Shown: positions 1-12,680, numbered from the whole stretch's first letter. The stretch: 63,083 nt of DNA, filler included, from Stramenopiles sp. TOSAG23-3 (GCA_900128585.1; 7 parts of 7 records of this genome joined end to end with filler, not necessarily neighbours in it), one strand, 5' to 3'. Notes: a model not told the origin generated them from the sequence alone. Translations and numbers: made by a program.

Positions 1-38
1 GTCTCTCCGCTTCTCATAACGAGATACGGGTTCACGAA

Positions 39-3000
39 ATGAGACTTGTTTCTTTAAGGAACCGACTAATAAACATCCAACATGTCAGTCGGGTACATTA
101 TACTATGCTGGGAAGTTCGCAAAGCAGCCGCGAAACGTTGCGCAAGCTTGAAAAAATGCAGAATGTGATAGATGATGGAGAAATCGAAATAGAGAGGAAA
201 GCTACGGCAATTGACAAAGAAAAGTATGATATGAAAAGTCTAACGGACGATGCAAAGATCAGCGCAGAAAGCCACATGAAGCATTTGCAAGATGAATTGG
301 ACAAATTCCAGGAAGAAGTGGAGAGTAAAAAGTATGAACTAGAACAGCTCCTGTTGAAACAGCTGCACGACACGGAAGAGGCTCTGCAAACAGTGAGTGA
401 AGATGCGAACGATTTAAAATTCAACAAACGCAAGGAGGACCTGATGTCATTGCTTCACCATGTTCATGAGAGAGACGACATGCTCAACGAAGAACTCGAA
501 ATCATTCGCTGTGACAAATTGGAGGATATTAGCAGAAACATGCCGGTTGACAAATATGAGGCGAAAACAAGGAGTGTTAAGGCCAGGCAGGATCAATTAA
601 ACATTGAAAAAGTCGCCCTCGAGCATGAAATGGAAGACTTGGTGAACACCCATGAAAAAGCTCGCAAAGCGAAATTGGAAAGGCTGCAGGCAAAGTCAGA
701 ATTGGAAGCTGCCGAGTCGTTGACAGGAAAAATGGAAAACAATAATATGGAAAACGTCAGAAAACTGGAAATTCGCCACCTGGAACTATCCAAGCGCAAC
801 AAGCAATTGGATGCTGATGAACAGAAGTTGGTAGAAGCCGCAAAACGTGCCATGTCGCTCCCCCCGGCCGAGAGAGCAATCGAAGAGCAAATCATTGCTA
901 CCGCTAAACTTAACATGCAGTTAAAGAGAGAAGAAATCCAACTGGAAACTGATGAAATCGATGCCTCTGCTACAAAAATCATGAAAATTATAGAAGGGAC
1001 CAGTATGGCCGTGATTACCAGGCAGAAGGAGGGTCTTTTAGCAATGTTTCTTCGTTCTTTGGACCATGAAAATTTTCAATTAAATGAGCGGTCCGCTATC
1101 TTAAACCACGAGCTCCGTGAGATTCAGCACAGGCTCAAGCAAGACGTGGTACCAGAGCAAGCTGTGCTGGTGGATCGGGAAGAGCAACTTAAATCCCAAT
1201 TGGAAGAAATAAAGAACGAGAAAGAGAGGATCGACGAACAGACTGTAAAAATAGCAGAGATTGCAAGCAGAGAGAAAGAGATTGCATTAGAAGCCCGAAA
1301 GGCAATTGTTGACCATGCGGAGAGGCAAAAACTAGAAAATTTATACAATGAAATTGACACTAGAATGGAAAGATTTAAAGAGGAATTTAACACCGCGGCT
1401 GCACTCCTTAATCGACTCCGTCGGCGGCGCCACTGGGGGGCTTGAGGCTGTCAATGAAGTTTCACAGGAGATTTATGCAATTATGTCTGAAGCCGACGAA
1501 GAGAAGCGCATGAGGAGGCAAACGCATAGCGAACAGATGCTGGAACTTCATAGCGCCGCAGAAGCCGCCAAAGAAAATCTGTACAGTAAACTAGCGAAGA
1601 TGAAAAGCCACCGCAGAGCTTTATTGGGCGAACTAAACAAGCTGACGGACAAACAATCCCCGGAAGGCCGCCAATTATTGGAAAATTTTAACTCTGAAGC
1701 AAAAGCGCTCGGTGCAAGTATGAAAAATCTAAACGTTGATGTTCACCGAATTGACCTTGAAATGCGGGAAAGCGAACGTGATGCAAGAAAACGCCTGAGA
1801 GATGAGGAAGGAAGAGTAAACCAGCGTGTTCTTGAGGGGCTCAGTAATGTCGAGGCTACCGTACATAGTGCCACTGAAAATCTTCAACAAAAGCGAAAGA
1901 AGCTGCGCAAAACAAGAGAAGAAATGGAAGAAAATATCAAGACAGAATTGGCAGAAGCGGTAGAGGCCCTGCAAAAGAATTATGCTAAGAAACTGACGGA
2001 AGAAGGGCAAAAATTGCAAGACGATGAACGGCAAATCAAATCCGAAATAGTGCACAATCAAGATTTAATGGCCAGTGCTTCAGATGAAGATACTGTAGAT
2101 TTACAAAAGAAAATCGTGCTTCTAAACGACAAACTATCCGTTTTATCGTCGGCGCAGGTAAATTTATCCGAGCTTCGAAGGAAATCTGACCAGTCCATAA
2201 ACGACCAGGCCGCTCGCCACGAAAAAGGTATTCGAGCAAAATACGAAAAAGAAGTAAACGGGCTGGAAGAGGGCGTGAAACGAGCTGTGAAGATGCTAGA
2301 ATTTGAGAATAAAAAGATCGAAACCGGTAAAAACAGAACTCATGATATGGAAGAGACACTCCTGAAACATACCCAGCTCGATGTAGATGAAGCGGAACGT
2401 GATAAAAAAGGGCTTGAAGTTGCGAAGGAGTTGGAGCAAATAGACCCCGATGATCCCAAGCTGAAACAGCTCCACGCAGAAATGAACAAAGTGCATCAAA
2501 GCACGGACGATTTGCAGAGAGATCGCGAAGAACTAAACAGCAAACAGCATCACGACGAGTCTGCTGAGGTAGAATCGGTCGCCGACAGCGATCTAGACCA
2601 AGCGATACAATTTGATACTTCTCCGGACCAGGCGCCCCGGCCTGATGATGACTCGAGCCAACAAGCACAATCAGGGTCAGCTGCACTAGCTGCTGTCGGT
2701 CAACTGGACCTCCAAGCTCTGAGCCCGATGCCATCGGAAGAGCAAATCAAAGCTCTTGATGATGTCAGAAAAGAGATCGCAAAGATTGAACGTCAGAAAA
2801 CCGTCAATGAAGAGCAAATTTCTAAAATGAAAGAAGAAATGAAGCGACTTGAGGCTGAACTGGAGGAAAATGGTACCGCAAACGCGAAAGGAAAAAGTAA
2901 AGATCTTGAAGGCAAAAGTGGCGATGAAAGCGAGGATTTCGAGGATAAGGAAGACGAGCTGGGAGGCGAAGAAGCTCCGGAAGAATCGCCAGAAACAAAA

Positions 3001-4680
3001 TCGAAACTGGAGCGCGTCGATACACTAAAACTGAAAATCCAAGGGGCCGTTATCGCGCAAGCTAAGTTGAACAAACAGGGAGCAGAATTCAGCAAGATGA
3101 AAGATGAGCTGGACTCGAACAAACGTTTCATAGACAAACTTAAGGTTTCAAGGGCAGCTGAGGGATTCGCCCCCGCAGCAGGTCAGCCTGCCTCAAAAGA
3201 TAGCACCAACGAAGACCCAAAATTAAAGGCGGCCAAAAAAGTGGAGGTGGAATTTTCTGTAAAGTTGGAAGTTGAAAAGAAGAAGCGTGCCGCGATGGAA
3301 GAAGAAGATGTTCAAATTGCGAAGGAGCAGCGAGACAAAGAGATTGACCGTCTGGAAGGCGAACGTGCAGCTCTCGAAAAGCAGCGAGAGGAGGCTGTTC
3401 AGTCCGTCCAACAGATTGCGGCAGAGAAAGAGGAGCAACAAAAGCTTGTCGATGAAAAGAAAATACCTAAAGCATCATTAAAGCAGCTCCTTTTGAAACA
3501 CATGAATCACTTAAAAGCAGTGGAAAAATTCAACCTGAAACTGAAGACATTGCAAGCCAAAGAAGAAAAGATTCACGCGGACCATTCGGCAGCTGTCGCC
3601 AAAGCCAAAATTGAGAAGCAAAAGCACATTGGAAAACTGTTGAGAAAACACAAAAAGGCACTAGATCGCATAGCCTTAATCGAAGCAGAACGCCGACGCA
3701 TCAATCAGCTGGAGAAAAAAATCAGAGACGACAAATCTGCGGCAGATAAAAAATCAGCTTTGTTGAAGAAGAATCGTTTCTCCAATTTGATGAAAAAACA
3801 CAAACAAGAATTTAAGCTTAAGGGCCAATCTACGAAGCAAAGCATGCAGATGGACGCGCTGCGAGAGGGCATGCGGACTGCGAGAGAGAGGATCGCGAAG
3901 GATCGCGCAAATGCTGAGCAGCTCCGTGCTGAATTAGAAAAAGAAAAGGAGCGGTACAGAAAGCGAAGTTGGATTCGGCTGCCCCAGAAATCCGAGATAC
4001 AGTCGGCAACCCGCATTCAATCCTGGCACCGAGGCAACAAGTCCCGGGCATTAATGCCAATGCATCGCATCGAAAAGGCAAAAGCCGATGCCCGAAGAGG
4101 CGCTGCTGCTACCAGGATACAATCACTCTTTCGCGGTTATGTCGGAAGAGAAAAAGCAAAGTTTCGCCAAAAGCTAGCTGATATGGGAATGGTATACCAG
4201 TGGAAACGAGGGCCGGTCGAAGAAGATGACAAGATTAAATCCGTTGGGATCAATACGGAGCTAGGCATCGTGTCCAACGAAGAACCAGAGGGGGGCAGAA
4301 AATTATTACTGCACTCTGGAAGCGGCTCATTATCTGCCCATCCGTCCCAGTCGCACGCCCTTGTTGCACCAGATTCGTTAATGTCTACTGCCAGGTCGGA
4401 TATATTGAGTGATTGGAGCGTCGATTCCATGGAAAGCATTTCCATGAAGCCCCGTTCCGGCTCCAGGTCCGGAGACTTGTACCGCCACACCGAGGGCGAC
4501 AAAGCAGTGGAAGTTCGATCCGGCGCGGCATTGAAGAATTTTCCAAGTGTTCCCGCCGTTGATCCATATTCAAACATGTTCCCTGCCAACCGAGCCGATT
4601 TAATCAATCAAGCAATCGGGGTGCTCGTTGGGAACGAGCAAAAAGGGATCAGTAAAGGAAGGAAACATCGACGTCGTTAA
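39..4680 (+). CDS. Very long coiled-coil protein with C-terminal IQ (calmodulin-binding) motifs; split into two overlapping ORFs (39..1445 and 1348..4680) by an apparent frameshift near 1385-1400; probably 5'-partial
   Basis: E/K/L-rich heptad sequence on both sides of the overlap; IQ motifs ATRIQSWHRGNKSR and ATRIQSLFRGYVGR; frame is open back to the contig start. Confidence 0.7.
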
Positions 4681-4731
4681 AAAGGATAAAAACGGTTTAT
4701 AATTCGTAAGAATTATATAATTTACTTTAAC

Positions 4732-4885
4732 AAACAAAAAATTGGCTGTTATTTAGAGTCCGAGAAGGCGCACACGAGGCCCAATTATTTCAACGAAACA
4801 AAATTACAGAATCAAGTTAGGATTAGGGTATGAGGAAGCTAAATTTAATTAATTACTTCAATATAACAGCCAATTTTCTTGTTTT
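4732..4885. repeat. MITE-like short element with ~21-bp terminal inverted repeats (copy 1)
   Basis: aaacaaaaaattggctgttat (4732-4752) is the near reverse complement of ataacagccaattttcttgtttt (4863-4885); related copies at 14497-14773 and 43059-43106. Confidence 0.6.
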
Positions 4886-5031
4886 ATTCAAAAACATAAC
4901 ATTTTATATTTGATGAAATGAAAATCGGGTCGGTGCGATATAGTTAGACGTGTTGTGCATGGCGTGTTATCGTTTCTTGGGCAATGCTGGAAGCTCCATT
5001 AACTAATAAATCATCATTTGGTATGGGTGAT

Positions 5032-6018
5032 TCATCCAGTGTACTCAAAAGTCCCATGAATCCATATGCGTGTCATCTGCGCCCCAGTACTTCTATTTGC
5101 AATAACCCTTTCGACGTGCCGGGTGTCCACTGCTTTAAACCCAAACTCACGGAAGGTTTTAACCAACGCGCTTAGATCAAAAAAATAGGTCAAGGTCCCG
5201 TCCTGGCGAACGTAAAAATTATTTTCTAACCTATTTTCGTGAGAGAATTTTAACTGGGTGTGATCGCAGCGGGCATAATCCCTAAAGAGAAGCTTGCCCC
5301 CTGGTTTCATAACCTTAGCAATATTTCGAATCGCCACAGTCTGGCGTTCTGGGGGGACTGCAGACAAAGAAAAAATCATCATGACGATATCTAATCCCCC
5401 CGGAACCTTTTGCAAAATTTCTTCTTCCCACACGCTAGCAGTAGAATCTAAAGACATATCAGAGACAAAGGCGTGCATACGCTGCTTTGCACTAGCCGGC
5501 AGCGGGGTGGAATTAAGCAATTGGATCGCTTTGGGGCTAAAATCAGTTGCAAATATTTCCAACCCGCTGTGCGAAGCAAGAAGTGGCAACACAGTGTTTC
5601 CAACCCCGCAACCCGCTTCCAGCAGGGTCCTCGGTTTGTTGTCCACCCGGGCGCGTTCCAGTTCCGGAAATTCATCTTCCATGTAATGGCGGTCCTTGAA
5701 AAAATTTGTCCTGTGACGAGAGTAAAAATCATCCCAGTTTTTTGCAGCTTGTGCGTCCTCGGAATATTTATTTCTCAAAAATGTTGACACGTTCCCTTGA
5801 GATTCCCTAGCCCTGACCTTTTCATCCAGTTTCATTTTCGTGTCTATGTTCACCGAATGGCCAATGACAGCCGACGAGGTCCCTTTTTGCCCCGCCTTCC
5901 CCTTTCGCCGAGAACCACCACCCAATCGGACTCCAGAGAATGCAGTGTTGATATTTTGATAGCAGCGTATTGCGCCATGTTCTGCGCCAGTGACTGTTGT
6001 GCAAGGCTTTGGGGCCAT
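5032..6018 (-). CDS. tRNA N3-methylcytidine methyltransferase, METTL2/METTL6 family
   Basis: Motifs WDDFY..H..NFFKDRHY, LEAGCGVGNT, DFSPKAI, FSLSAV, KPGGKLLFRDY, YVRQDGTLTYFF; start placed at ATG 6018 (ORF extends to 6087). Confidence 0.92.
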   Translation of the reverse strand: MAPKPCTTVTGAEHGAIRCYQNINTAFSGVRLGGGSRRKGKAGQKGTSSAVIGHSVNIDTKMKLDEKVRARESQGNVSTFLRNKYSEDAQAAKNWDDFYSRHRTNFFKDRHYMEDEFPELERARVDNKPRTLLEAGCGVGNTVLPLLASHSGLEIFATDFSPKAIQLLNSTPLPASAKQRMHAFVSDMSLDSTASVWEEEILQKVPGGLDIVMMIFSLSAVPPERQTVAIRNIAKVMKPGGKLLFRDYARCDHTQLKFSHENRLENNFYVRQDGTLTYFFDLSALVKTFREFGFKAVDTRHVERVIANRSTGAQMTRIWIHGTFEYTG

Positions 6019-7116
6019 ATTGTACAACCTCAGTCGCGCTCTGTCCTGGTGGTACCTGAAATGGTACAGGAAATCACACATCTTCACGAATATCTTTTAT
6101 TTTAATGCACCGCTCCAGTGAGATAATTTCACTATTTTTATATTCGTAGAACATTTCTTTCTCTTTTTATAAAAGATACGGTACGAGGCTGGTGGTGGGG
6201 GGGGGGATCATCAATCTAAATTTAATATTATTTTGGATTAGTCGTCGTCTTAACATCAAATAATCATCATCATCACACTCCTCTTCTTTTCACTTCTCTC
6301 TCCTCCATCTAATATTTCTATATAGCTATAGAGTGTGGATTATTACCAAAATATTTATTTCAGAAGGAAGAAGAAGAAGAACATCATCATCATTCTATAT
6401 TATAATTCTATCTCCTCGTACTGGTAGACGACTATCATCCATCAGAAAAAAATAAAAAGTTGACAGCAAAAGTTTGGGCTATCAAAACTATATTATATAT
6501 ACTTGTTTATACAATAAGAATATTAATTTTACTTGAATTCTTTTTCATTTGTGTTGTAGAGTACGAGTAGACGAAAATAAAGAAGAAGATGGCAAATTTT
6601 TTTAAAAGTAAAACTAAAACTAAGAAAATCTGACTATTCCTGTTTTGATGCTATTTCGATGTGCCAAATGTTTCCTTGTTATTACCTGTTTTTTGAACCA
6701 AATGTTTTTAGCCGAAAAACAAACAGGGTATAGAGCAAAGGAAATTTTAAAAAAAAGAAAACATAACGGGAAGAAGAAGAAGAATATCCAAAAAAAATAA
6801 TTGAAAGAGAATGTATTAATATATATTCTGTAAAAAAATAGCTACACAGCATCTATTAAATTATAATATTACACAAATTTTTTTTTCTTCTCTCCTCCTC
6901 ACTCAACAACAACTAGATGTTGCTTGCCGGACATCGTCACGTGTGTGGGATATGGGACTTTCTTTCAGGACTTTCTTTCTTAGAAAGATAGTTTTTACCT
7001 GAAAAACGATCTGGAAGGATTCGATATTATCCGAAAAAGAAAGATTTTTGTTTTTATGCATTGCAACGTCGGCTTAAAGCCTCTAATTGCGTTATTTGTA
7101 GTCGTCTAACAGAACT

Positions 7117-7893
7117 ATGTCGTCGCGTAGTGGGTCACATGGGTCAAATACCAACAACAACAATAACAATAACCAAAAAGACGGTTGCGGGAAGAATACC
7201 AACAATAGTACCTGTGATCATGGTGATGGTGCTTTATTTATAGCAATTCTTGTGCCAGTGCTTGTTGTTGGAATTGGACTACTCTTTTTCTTTCTGCATC
7301 GTCGTGAAAGATTGCGTCGTCGACTGCCACTATTTGGAAGCCCTCCACAAGATCGCTTAGGTCCTGCGCTCGCTGGGGTTGTTTCAGGACCTGAACCACA
7401 ACAACAGAGTAAGCATCTCATCCAGATGCAGCAGCAGATGATGTTAAATTCTGCAAGTCCCGCAATAGCGATACAAGCAGCATCACAGGCAAGCCAAGAC
7501 GCGCAACAAACGGTTCAGGCAAACCACCAAGTGATAAACCAACTCCTGGCTAACCCCCTAGTACTTCAACAAATGCAAGCTATGGGCCTTCAGGCTAACC
7601 CCCAAGCACTTCAACAAATGCAAGCGATGGGCCTTCAGGCAAACCACCAAGCGGTAAACCAACTCCTGAATAACCCCCAACTACTTCAACAAATGCAAGC
7701 GATGGCGTCATCGGCTGGCCAACAGCAATATCCACAAATGCCAGGGATGCCCCCACCAGTGCCAGGTGCCCCTCAAGGTTTCCCTCCAACTATGCCAGGG
7801 ATGACTGCACCAACAGCGCACGACAAACAAGTTCTCGAAGCTTCTCCAGATGCAGAAGAAAACTCCCCGGACGGGATGGACAAAAAATTCTAG
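7117..7893 (+). CDS. Single-pass membrane protein with Gln/Pro-rich cytoplasmic tail and internal repeats
   Basis: Hydrophobic segment ALFIAILVPVLVVGIGLLFFFL followed by basic HRRERLRRR; repeated ANPxxLQQMQAM units. Confidence 0.7.
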   Translation: MSSRSGSHGSNTNNNNNNNQKDGCGKNTNNSTCDHGDGALFIAILVPVLVVGIGLLFFFLHRRERLRRRLPLFGSPPQDRLGPALAGVVSGPEPQQQSKHLIQMQQQMMLNSASPAIAIQAASQASQDAQQTVQANHQVINQLLANPLVLQQMQAMGLQANPQALQQMQAMGLQANHQAVNQLLNNPQLLQQMQAMASSAGQQQYPQMPGMPPPVPGAPQGFPPTMPGMTAPTAHDKQVLEASPDAEENSPDGMDKKF

Positions 7894-8725
7894 GCGAGCG
7901 TGCTGATAAGATGTAATTTATAGAAAAACTTTAAAAGTTTTAAAAGAATTATAGTATCTATATACGTATTTAGATTTAAAAAAAAAACTGAAGACTTAAT
8001 TCAGTTTATCTAAAATTTACATGCTTCGTAATTCTTAAAAAGTAAAAACACAATATACCCTTACGAATAAATTAGTTCCCTTGTTCTGGACCATATCTTG
8101 ACCCCCTAAAAAAAATTGTCGTCCCCATTTACAAATTGTCCCCAAAGTAAAACATACACTTTAAGTTTATGCAGTCATGTTTTATATTTTAATATACCAA
8201 GTAGCACAGCAGTAAAATCGTTTGCACAAAAAAATTATGATACGTAACTGGTATAATAATAACATCAAATAACAATTCTGTTATCGATGATGTACCCTTG
8301 GTAATACGAACTGAGAAGAAAAAAAAAGGTGTTCTTCTTCTTTCTTCTTCAACTTGAAGAAGAAGATATTAATATTACATTAAAGAAAATACAGGTAATT
8401 AGGTTGACTACCTGACGGGTACGGTACAGGTACGAAGAAGAAAAAACATCATCATGAAGAAGAAAAAGACTTTTTTTTTTTTTAAATAATAATAATAATA
8501 AAAATTATTATAATAATGAGATGTAAAAAAGTAAAAAAGATAATGTGAAAAAATACTTATATCAGTTTAGTTCGATTATACTACTTTTTTTACAGGAAAT
8601 CGACAACAGTTTATCATTCTGGTATTGCAGGTACGTAAAATGCATCTTACCGCGAAAATCTTCCTTTCTGGGAAAGGTCAAAATATTTTTATAATTATTA
8701 CTGCAGGCTCGCGAAACGTAACGAC

Positions 8726-11700
8726 ATGTCTTCTGAGCAGTCTGCAGTGAGGGTTTTTGCACGGTTCCGTCCACCTCGGGCGAACCACGAGGACGTAGGA
8801 CCTGAATTGTTGATTTCAGAGAGTGATGCTAGTGTCCGACTAGGAAAGAAAGCGTCGCTTCGAACCGGTGGCGCTGGTGGAGGAACATTTCGCTTCGACG
8901 GTGTGTTTCCTCGAGATATCAATCAGGAAAAACTTTTTGGTGACGTCGGAAAGAATTTAATCCAAGACACCCTAGAAGGTTACAACTCCTCGATTATTGC
9001 ATATGGACAAACTGGCTCCGGAAAAACGCACACTATGTTTGGACCCGGGTGGGATGAAAATGGTGAGTCAAGGATGAAAGAGGCTTCTTCAGACACAAAT
9101 ACTTTAGAGTCGCATAGTGGTTTAGTTCCCCGAATAGCTGTTAATTTGTTCCAAGGCATTGCACTGAAAATTGCAAAGAATAGCAAGGTTGACGTAGACG
9201 TGCAAATTTCAGTCATCGAGATTTACAACGAACAGATAAGGGATTTGCTGTTCGAGCCAGAATTTCCTGACACAGAAGCCACAGAGGAGATGAAAACAGA
9301 TGATAAACGGAAAAATCAAAAGCTGAAAATAAGGGAGTCGAAACGAAGAGGGGTGTATTTGGACGGTGTAACGAAGCGGCGAATTGGCTCTGCTTCTGAA
9401 GTCTTGCAAGCGATTCGGTACGGTGGGGCCTCCAGGGCTGTGGCGAGCACCGCGATGAACGACCGGAGCTCCCGTTCCCATGTTGTGGTCAGCATTCATG
9501 TTTTGCAACGAGTTGACGAAAGCGACGGGCTTTGCAGCACAACAAGGTCCCAGCTTAACCTGGTGGATTTAGCTGGGAGCGAGCGCGTAGGAAAGACTCA
9601 TGCTAGTGGGCAGACACTCAAAGAAGCCCAGAGCATCAACCAAAGCCTTAGCGCCCTGGGAAACTGCATGAGAGCTTTGACCCAGCCGATTTCAAAACGA
9701 AAAAACCGGGATGGGTCTTTAAAACAGAATCACATCCCTTACCGTGACTCAAAACTGACCCATTTGCTTAAATCAAGTCTTGGGGGAAACGCCAAAACGA
9801 CCCTGATAATTGCTGTGGCTTCCGACATGGAGAATTTAGAGGAGACTATTTCTACTTTTAGGTTTGGGGTACGCGCAAAGAGAATCCAAAACAAGGCCAG
9901 AGCAAACAAGTCAATGACCCTTCAAGAACTTCATCTAAAGCTGCAAATTCTCACCCAAGAGGTATCATCGTTAAAGAAAGAAAACAAAGCTCTAAAGAAG
10001 GAGATGGGGGAACGCCCTCAAGAAGGAAGCGATGCTAGCGATGTGCTAGCTATTCTACGCAACGAGGTACGAGAAAAAGATAGTGCATTTTCCGCTCAGA
10101 AAATTGCTGCCGAGAGTACGGGGCACAAATTGAAGGAAGCCAACGAAAAGTTAGCCGTCCTAGAGGCGTCTTGGAAGGACATGCAAACGTACAGCGCACA
10201 GCTGTTAGAGCAACTAAACGATGCGGACGAGCAGCAAGTAAAACTTGAGGAAGCGCTTGCACATTCATCCAGCAAGAACGACGAGGGTGCTGCTTCGGAG
10301 GAGGCAAGGAGGGCTGAAGAAGAGGAACTCAAAGCGATAGCTGCGACAGTAGCCCGGGACACCGAAGAACTGGAAGCATGGCGGACGGAGCTGTTTGCGT
10401 GGAAAGCACAAACAAAAAAAGAGTTTGACGACATTGAAGAAACTATAGCAGAGAAAGATAAGGAGCATGCGCTGGCGATGGAAAAACTGGAACTGTGGAA
10501 AGTAAAACTAACGTCGGAGACTGAAGACTTGGAGACAAAAAAAGCGCTGATGTCGACAGAATGGGAAGAAATAACTTCACTAAAGGACGAGATAAACGAA
10601 GAACGCGAGAGTACTGCTAAAATGAAGGAGGAGCTAGACCTGGACAGAAACAATTTAGACCAATATCGTGTGTCGTTGACGAAAGACTACGAGGAATTCG
10701 AAGCCCACAAGGCACAGCTTATGGAGACTTTCCAAACGCGGGAGAAAGAAATAAATGAAATCGAATTACAGGTCAAGATGAAACAAACGGAGCTAACCGA
10801 GGAATTAAAAATTAAGGCGGCAAACAAAGATTGGCACGCTGAAATGATGGAATGGCGGGAGCGGATTGTTCACGAGTACGAAGAAAACACAAAATCTGTG
10901 GAAGAGTCCAGGCAAAAGCTTGCATCCGCAGAGAAGCAGTTCAATCTGGAAAAAGAGGATCTTGAAATGCGTGAAAAGGATCTTGGTGTTGCGTCGAAAT
11001 CCCTCGCCACGGAACAGAATGAAGCAAGATCCGCAGAAATTAAACTGAAAGAATTGGAAGAGACTTTAAAGCAGAAAGAATCGTCGTTGTTACGCAGAGA
11101 AGATGAACAAAAAAAAGAGGCTGTGGCGTTTGAGAAAATTATTCGCGAGCAAAACACAACCCTGAAAGAGCGCGAGGAGACTTGTAGTGAGAAAGAATCG
11201 AACTTTAAAAAGACTTTTGATGAATTTCAGAAAAATCGAATGGAATTTATAAAGGAAAGAGAAAACTTAAATGAAGAAAAAACCAAGTTTATGGAAGAGA
11301 AAAGGGCTAGCCGTGTCGGTAAAGGCGAGGATCTCGGTGTCATCATCGACGATGAAAATCGTAGAGCTAAGTCTATGCCAAATGTTGAAGGATTTAACGA
11401 TTTAACGCAAAGCCAACCATCAAAACCGAGCGCGGCTTTACCTACAACAAACAGCCTTGGTGAAGTAGAAAGCAAGTCTCCAAAGCAAATGACCCGCATG
11501 CAGCGCTTGCGAAGATTAAGCTTTCTTCGTAAACAGCAGCAGGTGAAGACTTCGGACGTCAAAGCCGTTGATAATAATTCCGAAGCGAAAATGCTAGCAC
11601 AGAGTCCTCCTAAAAAGGGTAAAGCTCCTACAAGTCAAAGTGGTTCGGCCGAAAGTCCCAGTTCCAGTAAAAATAAGGGTGAACAAATAAGTCCCCCGTC

Positions 11701-12553
11701 TAAATTGTCTAATATACAGCGCCTGAGGCGTCTAAGCCAGCTCCGGGCAATGAAACAAAACAACGGTGCATCTAAGCCTTCTCCGGAAGGTGGGACTCAA
11801 ACACATGGTAAAAACCTGCGTCAGAAAGAAGTTGGTGAAACCGTTTCAACGGACGATAGCGCAGACGTTAAGGAGGCGGAAAAGGTCATTCAGGCCTCGA
11901 GTGCGGCGTTAAAAGTTAGGGAGGAGAAAACAAACGCTTCAAATGAAGAAGATGGAAAAAGTAATTTGCTATCGCAGCGGAAAGCCGAGCACGAACGTGA
12001 TCGATTACGATTGGAAATAGATAATTGCACACGGCTAATTGACCATTTAAAGAAGCAAGGGGATGAAGATAAGAATCGAATAAACGATCTAGAACAGCAA
12101 CTAATAAGCCTATACGCGTCTATCGAATTGCACCAAAAAGAAGAGAGGGAATATCACGAACGTATTGCAAGAGCCGCAAAGGTAGCCCAAAACAAGATGG
12201 AAGAAGATGACAGGGCATTTGCTCGAAGGTTGTCCCAGCAAATCAACTCTGGAGGCTTGGTGCAAGACCTTGCAATGTCCCCGGAGGAAGAGCGGCGACC
12301 ATCAGCAACAGCACAGACTTTCGAGAGGTTTGAAATTGATCAAAGTTATATCCCTACGCCTGAACGTCGCCGCCATTCTTCAAGAGTGGAGCAGTTGGAT
12401 GACGATAGTAACAGCGACAGTGACACGGATAGTGAATCGCAGAATTCGCGAACGCCTATTGCGGTCACCCCACCACCTCGCAGAACAAGCTTTTTCTCAG
12501 GCTTGTTTGGGCGACGGGGAGGATCGAACAATAACGGTGAAAATTCACAATAA
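8726..12553 (+). CDS. Kinesin with N-terminal motor domain (kinesin-1-like) and long coiled-coil stalk
   Basis: P-loop AYGQTGSGKT, switch I NDRSSRSH, switch II LVDLAGSE, HIPYRDSKLT. Confidence 0.97.
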   Translation: MSSEQSAVRVFARFRPPRANHEDVGPELLISESDASVRLGKKASLRTGGAGGGTFRFDGVFPRDINQEKLFGDVGKNLIQDTLEGYNSSIIAYGQTGSGKTHTMFGPGWDENGESRMKEASSDTNTLESHSGLVPRIAVNLFQGIALKIAKNSKVDVDVQISVIEIYNEQIRDLLFEPEFPDTEATEEMKTDDKRKNQKLKIRESKRRGVYLDGVTKRRIGSASEVLQAIRYGGASRAVASTAMNDRSSRSHVVVSIHVLQRVDESDGLCSTTRSQLNLVDLAGSERVGKTHASGQTLKEAQSINQSLSALGNCMRALTQPISKRKNRDGSLKQNHIPYRDSKLTHLLKSSLGGNAKTTLIIAVASDMENLEETISTFRFGVRAKRIQNKARANKSMTLQELHLKLQILTQEVSSLKKENKALKKEMGERPQEGSDASDVLAILRNEVREKDSAFSAQKIAAESTGHKLKEANEKLAVLEASWKDMQTYSAQLLEQLNDADEQQVKLEEALAHSSSKNDEGAASEEARRAEEEELKAIAATVARDTEELEAWRTELFAWKAQTKKEFDDIEETIAEKDKEHALAMEKLELWKVKLTSETEDLETKKALMSTEWEEITSLKDEINEERESTAKMKEELDLDRNNLDQYRVSLTKDYEEFEAHKAQLMETFQTREKEINEIELQVKMKQTELTEELKIKAANKDWHAEMMEWRERIVHEYEENTKSVEESRQKLASAEKQFNLEKEDLEMREKDLGVASKSLATEQNEARSAEIKLKELEETLKQKESSLLRREDEQKKEAVAFEKIIREQNTTLKEREETCSEKESNFKKTFDEFQKNRMEFIKERENLNEEKTKFMEEKRASRVGKGEDLGVIIDDENRRAKSMPNVEGFNDLTQSQPSKPSAALPTTNSLGEVESKSPKQMTRMQRLRRLSFLRKQQQVKTSDVKAVDNNSEAKMLAQSPPKKGKAPTSQSGSAESPSSSKNKGEQISPPSKLSNIQRLRRLSQLRAMKQNNGASKPSPEGGTQTHGKNLRQKEVGETVSTDDSADVKEAEKVIQASSAALKVREEKTNASNEEDGKSNLLSQRKAEHERDRLRLEIDNCTRLIDHLKKQGDEDKNRINDLEQQLISLYASIELHQKEEREYHERIARAAKVAQNKMEEDDRAFARRLSQQINSGGLVQDLAMSPEEERRPSATAQTFERFEIDQSYIPTPERRRHSSRVEQLDDDSNSDSDTDSESQNSRTPIAVTPPPRRTSFFSGLFGRRGGSNNNGENSQ

Positions 12554-12680
12554 AAAATCTGTTTCGCTATGAATTATATCGTAAATCGTTTTACACGTGT
12601 TCAAGTGGTAGGCGACTATTTACTAAACATTCGTTTTATACATGTTCCAATACACACAACATTTTTCTCTCTCCCGTTTT

